Assembly: GCA_905235465.1 (NCBI GenBank)
Contig: CAJOLP010000011.1
Span: 335-43,308, forward strand
Length of the DNA stretch: 42,974 nucleotides
Reading direction: 5' to 3'
Origin: an uncultured Lachnospiraceae bacterium
Lineage (GTDB): Bacteria; Bacillota; Clostridia; Lachnospirales; Lachnospiraceae
Shown: in pieces, positions 1 to 9,353 of the stretch
How the letters are laid out: the number at the start of each line of letters is the position of its first letter
How positions within the stretch are numbered: the stretch's first letter is position 1
The notes under the pieces: generated by a model
What the model was told of the DNA's origin: nothing
Seen by the model: the letters and a program-made list of their open reading frames with translations, nothing else
The model's database searches: none
Program-made: the position numbers and the translations under genes

Positions 1-221
1 GGCGGTATGATGACCTTGTTCTTGACATAATTGTTCACCATCGCCTTCGTGAGGATCTTGTCCGTGTCCGGATTCCTCGTGGTGGAGCGAAGATGCTCCC
101 CCATAAAGGTCAGCACCTGATCCATGTACAGGTCGATCTGCGGGATCTCTTTGACGTCCATGTAGTCAAATCCCTTCAGCATCTTCTTCATTACCTTCTC
201 GACTTCTGCCCTGGCACCCAT
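1..221 (-). CDS. DUF1836 domain-containing protein (partial; runs off the window start)
   Basis: Hand translation from ATG at 221 (GGAG SD upstream): MGARAEVEKVMKKMLKGFDYMDVKEIPQIDLYMDQVLTFMGEHL...KILTKAMVNNYVKNKVIIP. IPxIDLYMDQV and LTKxMxNNYVK match DUF1836. Not in the ORF track. Confidence 0.8.
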   Translation of the reverse strand, partial: MGARAEVEKVMKKMLKGFDYMDVKEIPQIDLYMDQVLTFMGEHLRSTTRNPDTDKILTKAMVNNYVKNKVIIP

Positions 222-246
222 GATAATTTCTCCATTTTTTTGGCCG

Positions 247-1936
247 TCACACAGCCGGGTTTTCCTTGGCTTTGCGCGCCATTCGTTTCATCTCTTTCGC
301 GTTTTCAAGCGACGCGTCCGTGATGAGGTCGGCCCCCACGAGTCTTGCCACCTCGCGGTCGCTTTCCTCCTCGCTCAGCCTTTCAATATGCGTCTGCGTC
401 CTTCCCTCATTCGTCCTCTTCTCGATGAGGAAGTGACTGTCCTCCATCGAGGCGATCTGCGGCAGGTGCGTGATACAGAGGATCTGGTGATCCCCCGCAA
501 GCCGCCCCATCTTCTGCGCGACCATCCAGGCGGTCTGGCCGCTGATGCCCGCGTCGATCTCGTCGAAGATCAGGGTGTGCACGCCCTCTACCCCGGCAAA
601 GACCGTCTTCATGCCGAGCATGATCCGGGACAGCTCGCCGCCGCTGGCGATCTGTTCCAGAGGCCTTGCCTCCTCCCCGGGATTCATGGAAATATAGAAC
701 GCCGCGCGGTCACACCCGTTCGCCCCGATATATCTGTGATCCGTGTCCCAGACGACCTCGAAGTGCACGTGAGGGAAATTGAGCTCCATGAGGGCGTCCG
801 TCAGCTTCGCCTCGAACTCCTGCGCGGCTTCCCGGCGCAGGTTGCTCAGGACGTCACACTGGCTGCACAGCTTTGCGTAGCCCGCGTCCATCTGGTCCCT
901 CAGCCGCTCTCTCTGTTTTTCATAATCCGTCAGAAAAGCGAGGCGCTCCTCCTTCTCCTTCTGTGCCCGGCCCACCGCCTCGATGGATCCGCCGTACTTG
1001 TCCTCCAGATGGTGGATCAGGTTGAGCCGGTCCTGCAGCGCCATATATTCCTCAGGGTCAAAATACAGCTCGTCCATATAATCCGCGAGCGACCTCCGAA
1101 ATCCTGAGAACATATCGTCGATCTGGGACAGCTCCTCCGCGAGCCGGTCCAGGTTCTCATCCACGCCGTCCATAGAGGAGAGTTCCCTGACCGCGCGGTC
1201 AATGGCGTCCGCCGCATCCGTTCCCTGGCCGATCAGCGATTCCACTGTGGAACCCGCCTCGCTCAGCTTTCTGAAATTCCCCAGGATCCTATAGCGGGAC
1301 TCGAGCTCCGCGTCCTCGCCTTCCTTAAGATCCGCCTCCTCGATCTCGCGGACTTCATAGGAGAGCAGGTCCGCCTCCCGCTTCCGGGAAGCTTCGTCCA
1401 GGTCGTCGGACTCCCAGGCCTTCCGCAGCCGGTCCCACTCGCGGTAAAGACCGCCGACGCGGTCCTTTTGCTCCCGGATCCGCGCGCCGCCAAAATCGTC
1501 GATGGTCTCAAGCTGCGCCTCCCGGCGCAGGAGCTTCTGGTTTTCGCGCTGTCCGTAAATATCGATCATGCTCTCGGCGATCTCCCGGAGCTGCCGGCTC
1601 GTCACCGTCTCCCCGTTGACGGAGCACACGCTCCTGCCGGGCATGATCTTGCGCTTGATCAGTCAGGCCGTCCTCCTCTGTGTCGATATCCATATCCCGG
1701 AGCTTTTGAAGCTGCGCCTCATTGTCCGGCGCGAAGGTCATCTCCACCAGCGCCTGCTCAGCCCCGGTCCGGATCATGTTCCTGTCCGCCTTGGCGCCCA
1801 GCGCCAGATTGACCGATCCGATCAGGATCGATTTGCCCGCGCCGGTCTCTCCGGTCAGAATATTGAGGCCATCCGTAAAGGTGACCTCTTCCTCTTCGAT
1901 CAATGCCAGATTCCTGACATGCAAACTGATCAGCAA
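247..1936 (-). CDS. recN: DNA repair protein RecN, frameshifted near 1664
   Basis: N-part 1508..1936 has LHVRNLALIE and Walker A TGETGAGKS. C-part 247..1644 has ASGGELSRIML, LIFDEIDAG and QILCITH. Joined length about 562 aa. Confidence 0.95.
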
Positions 1937-1963
1937 TCTTCCCCTCCTAATTGATCACTTATG

Positions 1964-2416
1964 TTAATTGTTCCGGATCATATCCCGCATCTTTTCCACG
2001 AGCTTCGCGGTCTCCTCCGATGTGCGGACAGCGGCCATGATCGTGTCGTCGCCCGCGATGCAGCCGACGATCTCCGGGATCTCCATCTGATCCAGAGCGG
2101 CCGCGGCTGCCATGGCCATTCCCGCTGCCGTGCGGATCACAAGGATGTTTTGGGCCTGATCCACACTGATACAGCTGTCCCGCAGCACCCGCACATGTCT
2201 GCTCCGGGCCTCCCCTGCCTGATCGGACAGCACGTAGTGCTGGCGCCCTGTGCTGCCGGGCACCTTGATCAGTCCCATCTCCTTGATGTCGCGGGATACC
2301 GTTGCCTGCGTGACGTCAAACCCCTGCTCCTGCAGCGCCCTCGCCAGCGCGGACTGCGTCTCGATCTCACTGTCTCTTATGATCGAAAGAATCACTTCGT
2401 GCCTTTTCTTTTTCAT
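1964..2416 (-). CDS. argR: Arginine repressor
   Basis: VTQATVSRDIKEMGL winged helix; GCIAGDDTI arginine-binding motif; next to recN. Confidence 0.97.
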   Translation of the reverse strand: MKKKRHEVILSIIRDSEIETQSALARALQEQGFDVTQATVSRDIKEMGLIKVPGSTGRQHYVLSDQAGEARSRHVRVLRDSCISVDQAQNILVIRTAAGMAMAAAAALDQMEIPEIVGCIAGDDTIMAAVRTSEETAKLVEKMRDMIRNN

Positions 2417-2448
2417 CCCTTCTTCCCTTCTCCATGTCGCATATCTTA

Positions 2449-3324
2449 TTAAGAAGACAGTTTTTTGTTCAGGATCTTTAAGAAACTCCGCGGCGTAAGC
2501 TTGATGAGGTTGGTCACCTCTTTGGACCTGCGGATCTCGATCTTGTCGCCGTAGCGCAGATTGATGCAGCTCTCCCCGTCAAAGACGCCGTCCGCGCTGG
2601 CCACTTCATTGCGGGGCGTGGGCACCATCTCGATGACGATCTTGTCATTTGCGGACAGGATGACGCTGCGCTGATTGAGCGTGTGCGCGCAGATGGGCGT
2701 CAGAACGACCAGTTCGGCCTTGGGTTCCACCAAAGGCCCTCCCGCGGACATGTTGTAGGCCGTGGAGCCCGTGGGCGTGGAAACGATCATGCCGTCCGCG
2801 TCAAAATTGTTGAGCAGAAGGTCATCGACGTACACATTGAAATTGAGGACGCGCATAGCGCTGTTTCTCACAATGACGATCTCATTGAGGGCGTGATGGA
2901 TGGAAACAGGCTCCACCGGCTCATTGTCCCTCTCGATGAGATTCCCCTCCAGCATCATGCGCCGCTCGGTCTTGTAATGGCCCGCGATCAGACGGTCGAT
3001 ACTGTCTTTCCAGTCCGTCTTGTCCACCTCGGCCAGATATCCCAGGGTCCCCAGATTGATGCCCATCATGGGCACGCCGCTGCCCAGTACCTGGTGCGCC
3101 GCGCGCAGCACGGATCCATCGCCGCCGATGACCAGCAGGATATCCTTATCGGCATCCGGCTTATTGGTCATTCTTGTCATGTCCACGTCCACGGCAGAGG
3201 CGATCTGCTCGCATTCGCAGCCCTTCCCCCTGATGTAAGAGATGAGTTCGTCCGTGAACTGGCCGCCGGGATCCTTTGTCGTGTTCGTGATGACCAGAAA
3301 TCGTTTCTTTTCGCTATCCTTCAT
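2449..3324 (-). CDS. nadK: NAD(+) kinase
   Basis: GGDGS, GINLGTLGYL, NE and DGMIVSTPTGSTAYNMSAGGP motifs. Confidence 0.97.
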   Translation of the reverse strand: MKDSEKKRFLVITNTTKDPGGQFTDELISYIRGKGCECEQIASAVDVDMTRMTNKPDADKDILLVIGGDGSVLRAAHQVLGSGVPMMGINLGTLGYLAEVDKTDWKDSIDRLIAGHYKTERRMMLEGNLIERDNEPVEPVSIHHALNEIVIVRNSAMRVLNFNVYVDDLLLNNFDADGMIVSTPTGSTAYNMSAGGPLVEPKAELVVLTPICAHTLNQRSVILSANDKIVIEMVPTPRNEVASADGVFDGESCINLRYGDKIEIRRSKEVTNLIKLTPRSFLKILNKKLSS

Positions 3325-3337
3325 GACATCTCACCTG

Positions 3338-4243
3338 CTATCCTTCCAGCGCCTTATGGGAGGCGCTCACAAGTTCCCTGATCCTCTCATCTTCCGCCGC
3401 GCTTTCTGCCGGCACTTTATCTGCTGCCGCGGCTTCCGCCGCCGCGTCTTCTGCCGCCACTTCATCTGCCGCTTTCATCGACTTTTGTATGTACATCAGA
3501 TACTCAATATTGCCTTCCGGACCCCGGATCGGCGAATAGTCCAGCCCAAGCACAGTAAATCCGATGGCTTTCGTGGTGTCAAGGACGGCCCTTAAGACTT
3601 CCTCGTGCACCTTCCTGTCCCGGACAACGCCCTTTTTGCCGACTTTTTCTCTCCCCGCTTCAAACTGCGGCTTGATCAGACACACCATCTCCCCGCCTGC
3701 GGGCAGGATCTCCCATGCGGCCGGCAGTATTTTGTCCAGACCGATAAAGGAAACATCCACGCTGGCAAAGGTCGGTGCGGGGCCTTCCCCCAGATCCTCG
3801 GGCTTCACATAGCGAAAATTGGTCTTCTCCATGCAGACGACCCGCGGGTCATTTCTGAGCTTCCAGTCAAGCTGTCCGTAGCCCACGTCGATGGCATACA
3901 CCTTACTCGCGCCGTTTTGCAGCATGCAGTCCGTAAAGCCGCCGGTGGAGGCGCCGATGTCCATGCACACCCGGTCCGTAAGGCGGATGGGAAACACCTT
4001 CAGCGCCTTTTCGAGCTTGAGGCCGCCCCGGCTCACATAGGGAAGCACGGCGCCGCGCACCTCGATCCGCGCGTCCTGTGGGAAAGCAGTGCCCGCCTTG
4101 TCCTCTTTGTTGTTGTCCACATAGACGACGCCGGCCATGATAAGAGCTTTCGCCTTCTCTCTGGATGCCGCAAGTCCTCTCTTAACGAGCAGAACGTCCA
4201 GCCGCTCCTTCTTCTTTTTTTTCTTGTCGGTTTCCTGTTCCAT
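3338..4243 (-). CDS. tlyA: TlyA family rRNA 2'-O-methyltransferase
   Basis: S4 domain ERLDVLLV; YVSRGGLKL; DIGASTGGFTDC; LIKPQFE; GPEGNIEY. Confidence 0.96.
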   Translation of the reverse strand: MEQETDKKKKKKERLDVLLVKRGLAASREKAKALIMAGVVYVDNNKEDKAGTAFPQDARIEVRGAVLPYVSRGGLKLEKALKVFPIRLTDRVCMDIGASTGGFTDCMLQNGASKVYAIDVGYGQLDWKLRNDPRVVCMEKTNFRYVKPEDLGEGPAPTFASVDVSFIGLDKILPAAWEILPAGGEMVCLIKPQFEAGREKVGKKGVVRDRKVHEEVLRAVLDTTKAIGFTVLGLDYSPIRGPEGNIEYLMYIQKSMKAADEVAAEDAAAEAAAADKVPAESAAEDERIRELVSASHKALEG

Positions 4244-4247
4244 CTGT

Positions 4248-5168
4248 CTATTTTGTCCGTGTGATCAGGCTCTCGATCAGCGCCCGAAGGAAATCATTGC
4301 GCTCGGAAAGATGATCGAACTGTTCCAGCGCCTCATCGGAGATCCTTTTGACGTCCCTGCGTGCCTTCGAGAGGCCGTGCATCGAGACATAAGTGAGTTT
4401 ATTGTCCTTCTCGTCGCTCCCGGTCATCTTGCCCAGCTCCTCGCTGCTGCCGGTCACATCCAGTATATCATCCTGGATCTGAAAGGCGATACCGATATTT
4501 TCCCCGATCTTTCCCAGAAGCTCTATATCCTCGGAAGGCGCGTCCGCCAGCACCGCTCCGATCTGGAATGCGCTCTCCAGCATGCAGGCCGTCTTGTGCT
4601 TGTGGATGTAAAGCAGGTCGTCCGCGTCCGCCGCGCCCGGATCCTTCTCCGCTTCCAGGTCAGCGCACTGACCGCCGATCATGCCGTAGATGCCGGCGCC
4701 GCGCATCAGGATCTGAAGCGCGCTTATGACGTTTCGGCTCTCCGCGCGGTCGTTTACGTCGTCAAACGCGGTGAGCGCCGTCTCGCAGGCATAGTTGAGC
4801 AGGGCATCGCCCGTCAGCACAGCCATGCCCTCTCCGTATACGCACCATGTCGTCTTGCGGCCACGCCGGTACTCATCGTTGTCCATGGCCGGAAGATCGT
4901 CGTGGACAAGGGAATATGTGTGGATCATCTCCAGCGCCGCCATAAATGGCTCCGCCAGCTCCATCCTGCCGCCGTACATTTCGCACGTCTCCATCAGGAT
5001 CATGGGCCTTAGGCGCTTGCCGCCCGCCATCACGCTGTACCGCATGGCCTCCACGACCTGCGACGCGTGGCGGTCCACATCGCTGAGCTCTTCCGGGCGG
5101 GGAAGAAACCGGTCCAGAACGGTGTCGCACAGTGCTGTCTTTTGTGCCAAAATACGGTCAAAGCTCAT
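4248..5168 (-). CDS. ispA: Polyprenyl synthetase (FPP/GGPP synthase)
   Basis: GGKRLRP; first Asp-rich motif LVHDDLPAMDND..RRG; second FQIQDDILD; follows xseB. Confidence 0.95.
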   Translation of the reverse strand: MSFDRILAQKTALCDTVLDRFLPRPEELSDVDRHASQVVEAMRYSVMAGGKRLRPMILMETCEMYGGRMELAEPFMAALEMIHTYSLVHDDLPAMDNDEYRRGRKTTWCVYGEGMAVLTGDALLNYACETALTAFDDVNDRAESRNVISALQILMRGAGIYGMIGGQCADLEAEKDPGAADADDLLYIHKHKTACMLESAFQIGAVLADAPSEDIELLGKIGENIGIAFQIQDDILDVTGSSEELGKMTGSDEKDNKLTYVSMHGLSKARRDVKRISDEALEQFDHLSERNDFLRALIESLITRTK

Positions 5169-5371
5169 CTTCTTGTGCCTCCCCGCTCAGGATCCTCACC
5201 TTCTTTTCGACCTTGTCGATGGAATTGTTGCAGTACTCCAAAAGCTTCATGCGCGAACGCCTCCTCCAGCGGAATGTCCTCCCGGTTCATGGCGTTCAGG
5301 ATCTCCCCGAGCTGCGCGAATGCGTCCTCTATGCTTTCCGCGGGCGCCGCGTTTGTTTCATTATTATTCAT
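5158..5371 (-). CDS. xseB: Exodeoxyribonuclease VII small subunit, frameshifted by an apparent ~14-nt deletion
   Basis: SIEDAFAQLGEILNAMNREDIPLEEAFA, then in another frame MKLLEYCNNSIDKVEKKVRILSGEAQEDEL* (stop 5158-5160). The conserved xYxxG segment is missing near 5251. Confidence 0.88.
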
Positions 5372-6684
5372 TCGTGGTTCCTTTCTCTATCCGCTGCTAA
5401 ATCAGATGCCAGGTCCGATTCTATGTCCGGCACTCTTTCGACCCGGGCGTCCACGCCGCCGTCCTTAAACCGCACCGTGATCAGATCTCCCGGCTCCACG
5501 GCAAAGGCCGATGTGACGGCCCGTCCCTCATCATCGCTTACAAATCCGTATCCGCCGGACAGCCTTCGCACGGGCGATGCCTGTTCCAGTCCGGCGGCCA
5601 TCAGCTGCAGCCTGTGCCGGTCTCTCACCAGCCTTTTGTCCATCCGCTCCTTTAAGGGCTCCATCAGATCGGCGTTTCTCCGCGCCTGCGCGATGCGGTT
5701 TTCCATGCTCATCTGCAGCTTTTCCTCAAGCTGTACCGCGCGCATGCGTCTGTCCCTGATCTGCATGGCGGGTGACAGATGGACAAGCTCCCTCTTAAGG
5801 CTCTCCGCCTGTCTGCGCGTGAAGGCGGTCCTGCCGCGCATCGAGTCCGTAAGCTGGCGCTCCATGCCCACCAGTTCACTTTCAAACTGATCATAGGCAA
5901 ATACCGCCAGTTCCGCCGCAGCCGAAGGCGTGGGCGCGCGCAGGTCGGCCACATAGTCGGTGATGACCGTGTCCGTCTCATGCCCCACGGCGGAAATAAT
6001 GGGTGTCCGGCAGGCAAAGACCGCCTCCGCCACGCGCTCCTCATTGAACGCCCACAGATCCTCGATGGACCCGCCCCCGCGGCCGATAATGATCGTGTCG
6101 ACACAGCCCAGGCTGTCCAGTCTCCGGATACCATCCACAATACTGTCCGGCGCGTCTTCCCCCTGTACGATCGCGGGATAAAGGATGATCTGCACGTAGG
6201 GATTGCGGCGCCTTGTGATGTTCATGATGTCCTGCACCGCCGCGCCTGTGGAGGCGGTGACGACGCCCAGCGTGCGGATATAGGCCGGGATCGGCTTTTT
6301 GTAGATCTCATCAAACATGCCGGATTCCTCCAGCCGCTTTTTGAGCTGCTCATAGCGCTCATTGAGCGCGCCGACACCGTCCATAATGATCTGCTGGGCG
6401 TAGAGCTGGTAGCGTCCGGCGTTCTCGTAGACATCGATGCCGCCGGAGACGATCACCTGATCTCCGTCCTTCATACGAAAAGAAAGGCCTCTGCGGCGGC
6501 TTGCGAACATAATGCAAGACAGCGTCCCGGAGGCGTCCTTTAACGTGAAGTAAATATGACCGGAGGAGTGGTATTTGCAGTTGCTCACCTCACCGCGCAC
6601 CAGAACAGCCTGAAGGAAATAGTCTTCCGAGAACATGTTACGTATGTAGCGGTTGATCTGAGATACCGAGTATACTTTCCTCAT
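5368..6684 (-). CDS. xseA: Exodeoxyribonuclease VII large subunit
   Basis: GEVSN..HSSGHIYFTLKD; GRGGGSIEDLWAFNEE; SAVGHETD; RAPTPSAAAE. Confidence 0.97.
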   Translation of the reverse strand: MRKVYSVSQINRYIRNMFSEDYFLQAVLVRGEVSNCKYHSSGHIYFTLKDASGTLSCIMFASRRRGLSFRMKDGDQVIVSGGIDVYENAGRYQLYAQQIIMDGVGALNERYEQLKKRLEESGMFDEIYKKPIPAYIRTLGVVTASTGAAVQDIMNITRRRNPYVQIILYPAIVQGEDAPDSIVDGIRRLDSLGCVDTIIIGRGGGSIEDLWAFNEERVAEAVFACRTPIISAVGHETDTVITDYVADLRAPTPSAAAELAVFAYDQFESELVGMERQLTDSMRGRTAFTRRQAESLKRELVHLSPAMQIRDRRMRAVQLEEKLQMSMENRIAQARRNADLMEPLKERMDKRLVRDRHRLQLMAAGLEQASPVRRLSGGYGFVSDDEGRAVTSAFAVEPGDLITVRFKDGGVDARVERVPDIESDLASDLAADRERNHE

Positions 6685-7187
6685 AATTTTCTGGTAATGT
6701 AAGTGTCACCTTTCTTTTCTGAGACCGTTCCGGATAAATGTCCTTTATCCGGCTTTTTGTCTTCACTGCGCGCTGATGCCCTGGAACTGTCGTTGACGCC
6801 CGCCAGGACGCCGTTTACGAAGGATCCGGACTTGTCTTCCCCGTACTTCTTGGCCAGCTCCACCGCCTCGTTAATGGCAACGCCGGCGGGCACTGCCTCG
6901 TCATACAGGACCTCATAGGTTCCCAGACGCAGGATCGCCAGTTCCACCCTGGAGATCCGCTCTGTCGTCCAGCCGTCCATGCGGTCATTGAGGATCCCGT
7001 CGATCTCGGGGATCTTCTCCACTATGCTGCTGCATTTTTCCATGATGTAAGAACGGTCTTTGTCATTGACTGTCATGTCGCCGCTGTCCAAAAAATACTC
7101 CACCTGCGACGGCATTTCGGAGGGCTCCACAAAGCCCGCCCTGAACAGAAGTTTAAAGACCTGTTCGCGCAAACTCTTTATGTTCAT
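6681..7187 (-). CDS. nusB: Transcription antitermination factor NusB
   Basis: WTTERISRVELAILRL; VAINEAVELAKKYG; FVNGVL. Confidence 0.96.
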   Translation of the reverse strand: MNIKSLREQVFKLLFRAGFVEPSEMPSQVEYFLDSGDMTVNDKDRSYIMEKCSSIVEKIPEIDGILNDRMDGWTTERISRVELAILRLGTYEVLYDEAVPAGVAINEAVELAKKYGEDKSGSFVNGVLAGVNDSSRASARSEDKKPDKGHLSGTVSEKKGDTYITRKL

Positions 7188-7199
7188 ATGATCGATCCG

Positions 7200-7574
7200 T
7201 CACTCATTCATTTCCATGCCGACAACGCGCACATTGACCGCGGGTACAGAAAGTCCCGTCATGTTCTCAACGGACTTGACGATCCTGTCCTGCACCTTGG
7301 TGCTGATCTGCGGAATGCTGCATCCGTATTTGACGATCAGGGCGATATCCACCTTGACGCCTTCCTTGCCGACTTCCACTCTGAGGGTCTTGCTCAGTTT
7401 CTTCGCGCTGACCCTGGCGATGTCGTCCATCCCAAGGCCTCCTCCCAAGGAGGACACGCCGTCCACATCCAGGGCGGCATAGGCTGCGATGGAAGCGACC
7501 ACTTCGTCCGCGATCTTCACTGTGGTGACCGGTCCCTTATCCTGTCTGGCTGCTCTATTCTTATCCTGTGCCAT
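7200..7574 (-). CDS. Asp23/Gls24 family envelope stress protein (YqhY-like)
   Basis: VKIADEVVASIAAYAALDVDGV and VQDRIVKSVENMTGLSVPAVNVRV; usual position upstream of nusB; AGGAGG SD. Confidence 0.93.
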   Translation of the reverse strand: MAQDKNRAARQDKGPVTTVKIADEVVASIAAYAALDVDGVSSLGGGLGMDDIARVSAKKLSKTLRVEVGKEGVKVDIALIVKYGCSIPQISTKVQDRIVKSVENMTGLSVPAVNVRVVGMEMNE

Positions 7575-7596
7575 AACAACCTCCTAAATTATTAAC

Positions 7597-7625
7597 ATTC
7601 TATCAGATTCGCGTATTTTTGCATA
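7597..7625 (-). promoter_or_regulatory. Probable sigma-A promoter of the asp23-nusB...recN operon
   Basis: Extended -10 TGaTAGAAT (hexamer 7597-7602) in an AT-rich gap; only a weak -35. Confidence 0.5.
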
Positions 7626-7626
7626 G

Positions 7627-9219
7627 TCAGCCTCTGGAAAATTCGGCCAGCTCCAGTCCCTCATTTCTCTCCAGGACCATCTGGACGGACCAGGGGTTGA
7701 TGAACAGCAAAAGCGGGTTCCCCTTCAGATCTTCTATCCTCTTCATATCCGATGTGCCCACCAGCTTCATGACGTCCACGGGGCTCTTGACGATCCAGCG
7801 GATATGCTCGTAGGGAAGGGTCTCCAGCAGTATGTCCACATTATACTCGCTCTTAAGGCGGAACTGCAGCACATCAAACTGAAGCATGCCCACCACGCCG
7901 CAGATGATCTCCTCCATGCCCGTGTTCATCTCGCGGAAGATCTGGATCGCGCCTTCCTGGGCGATCTGCGTGATTCCCTTGACGAACTGGTCGCGCTTCA
8001 TGGTGTCCACCTGCCTTACTCTGGCGAAATGTTCGGGCGCGAAGGTCGGGATCCCCTCATAGCGAAATTCCTCCTTCGGCATGCAGAAGGTGTCTCCGAT
8101 GGAATAGAGTCCGGGGTCAAATACACCGATAATATCCCCCGCGTACGCCTCCTCAAGGATCTTTCTGTCACTGGCCATCAGCTGCTGGGGCTGGGAGAGC
8201 CGCTGTACGCGGCCGCTCTGCACGTGCTTTACGTCCATACCGAGCTCGTACCTGCCGGAGCAAATACGGATAAAGGCCACTCTGTCCCTGTGGGCCTTAT
8301 TCATGTTGGCCTGGATCTTAAATACAAACGCGGAAAAGTCGTCCTTTACGGGGTCGATCAGGCCCTTGTCCGACATGCGCGGCGTCGGTGAGGGCGCCAT
8401 CGCAAGGAAATGCCTGAGAAATATCTCCACGCCGAAATTATTGAGCGCGGATCCGAAGAATACCGGTGAGAGCATGCCCGCCCGGACGCTGTCAAGGTCA
8501 AATTCCGCGCTGGCGCCGTCCAAAAGCTCCACTTCGTCCTGCAGTTTTTCTAATGCCTCTGTCCCCAGATGCGCCTCGGCGGCCGCGTGATCGCTCATGG
8601 GGATCCTCGTCTCGGTCCCCTCTTTCGTTCCCTTCTGGGTGTCCGAGTAGGTGACGATCTCGTCGGTCTCCCTGTCATAGACGCCCTTAAACTCCTTGCC
8701 GGAGCCTATGGGCCAGTTCATGGGGCAGGTGTCGATCCCCAGGTTCTTTTCGATATCATCCAAAAGATCGAATGTGTCCAGAGCGTCCCGGTCCATTTTG
8801 TTGATAAAAGTAAAGACCGGTATGTGGCGCATGGTACACACCTTGAACAGTTTTTTCGTCTGGGGCTCCACGCCCTTCGCGCCGTCAATGACCATCACGG
8901 CGGAGTCCGCGGCCATAAGCGTGCGGTATGTGTCCTCCGAGAAATCCTGATGTCCGGGCGTGTCGAGAATATTGATGCAGCACCCGTCATACTCAAACTG
9001 AAGGACGGAACTTGTCACAGAGATACCTCTCTGTTTTTCGATCTCCATCCAGTCCGAGACCGCGTGTCTGGCCGTCGCCTTTCCCTTTACGCTGCCGGCC
9101 AGATTGATCGCGCCGCCGTAGAGCAGAAATTTTTCGGTGAGCGTCGTCTTGCCGGCGTCCGGATGCGATATGATGGCAAACGTCCGGCGGCGTTCTATTT
9201 CCTGTGCTGTACTGAGCAT
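7627..9219 (-). CDS. prfC: Peptide chain release factor 3
   Basis: RRRTFAIISHPDAGKTTLTEK; DTPGHQDFSEDTYR; NKMD. Start moved to ATG 9219 (GAGG SD). Confidence 0.97.
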   Translation of the reverse strand: MLSTAQEIERRRTFAIISHPDAGKTTLTEKFLLYGGAINLAGSVKGKATARHAVSDWMEIEKQRGISVTSSVLQFEYDGCCINILDTPGHQDFSEDTYRTLMAADSAVMVIDGAKGVEPQTKKLFKVCTMRHIPVFTFINKMDRDALDTFDLLDDIEKNLGIDTCPMNWPIGSGKEFKGVYDRETDEIVTYSDTQKGTKEGTETRIPMSDHAAAEAHLGTEALEKLQDEVELLDGASAEFDLDSVRAGMLSPVFFGSALNNFGVEIFLRHFLAMAPSPTPRMSDKGLIDPVKDDFSAFVFKIQANMNKAHRDRVAFIRICSGRYELGMDVKHVQSGRVQRLSQPQQLMASDRKILEEAYAGDIIGVFDPGLYSIGDTFCMPKEEFRYEGIPTFAPEHFARVRQVDTMKRDQFVKGITQIAQEGAIQIFREMNTGMEEIICGVVGMLQFDVLQFRLKSEYNVDILLETLPYEHIRWIVKSPVDVMKLVGTSDMKRIEDLKGNPLLLFINPWSVQMVLERNEGLELAEFSRG

Positions 9220-9290
9220 GTACTTACCTCTGCATAAAACCATCGCTGCGGCATCGCGCAATGACAGATCTTAATAAAATGCGCTGTGAC

Positions 9291-9338
9291 AAAATGACCC
9301 GGCAGAGCGGCGCGGCCTCGCGCGCCGGACTGCCGGGA
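9291..9338 (-). terminator. Probable intrinsic terminator after pnp
   Basis: GC-rich stem CCCGGCAG..CGGCGCG / CGCGCCG..CTGCCGGG followed by TCATTTT. Confidence 0.6.
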
Positions 9339-9353
9339 CCAACATTCCCGTTA

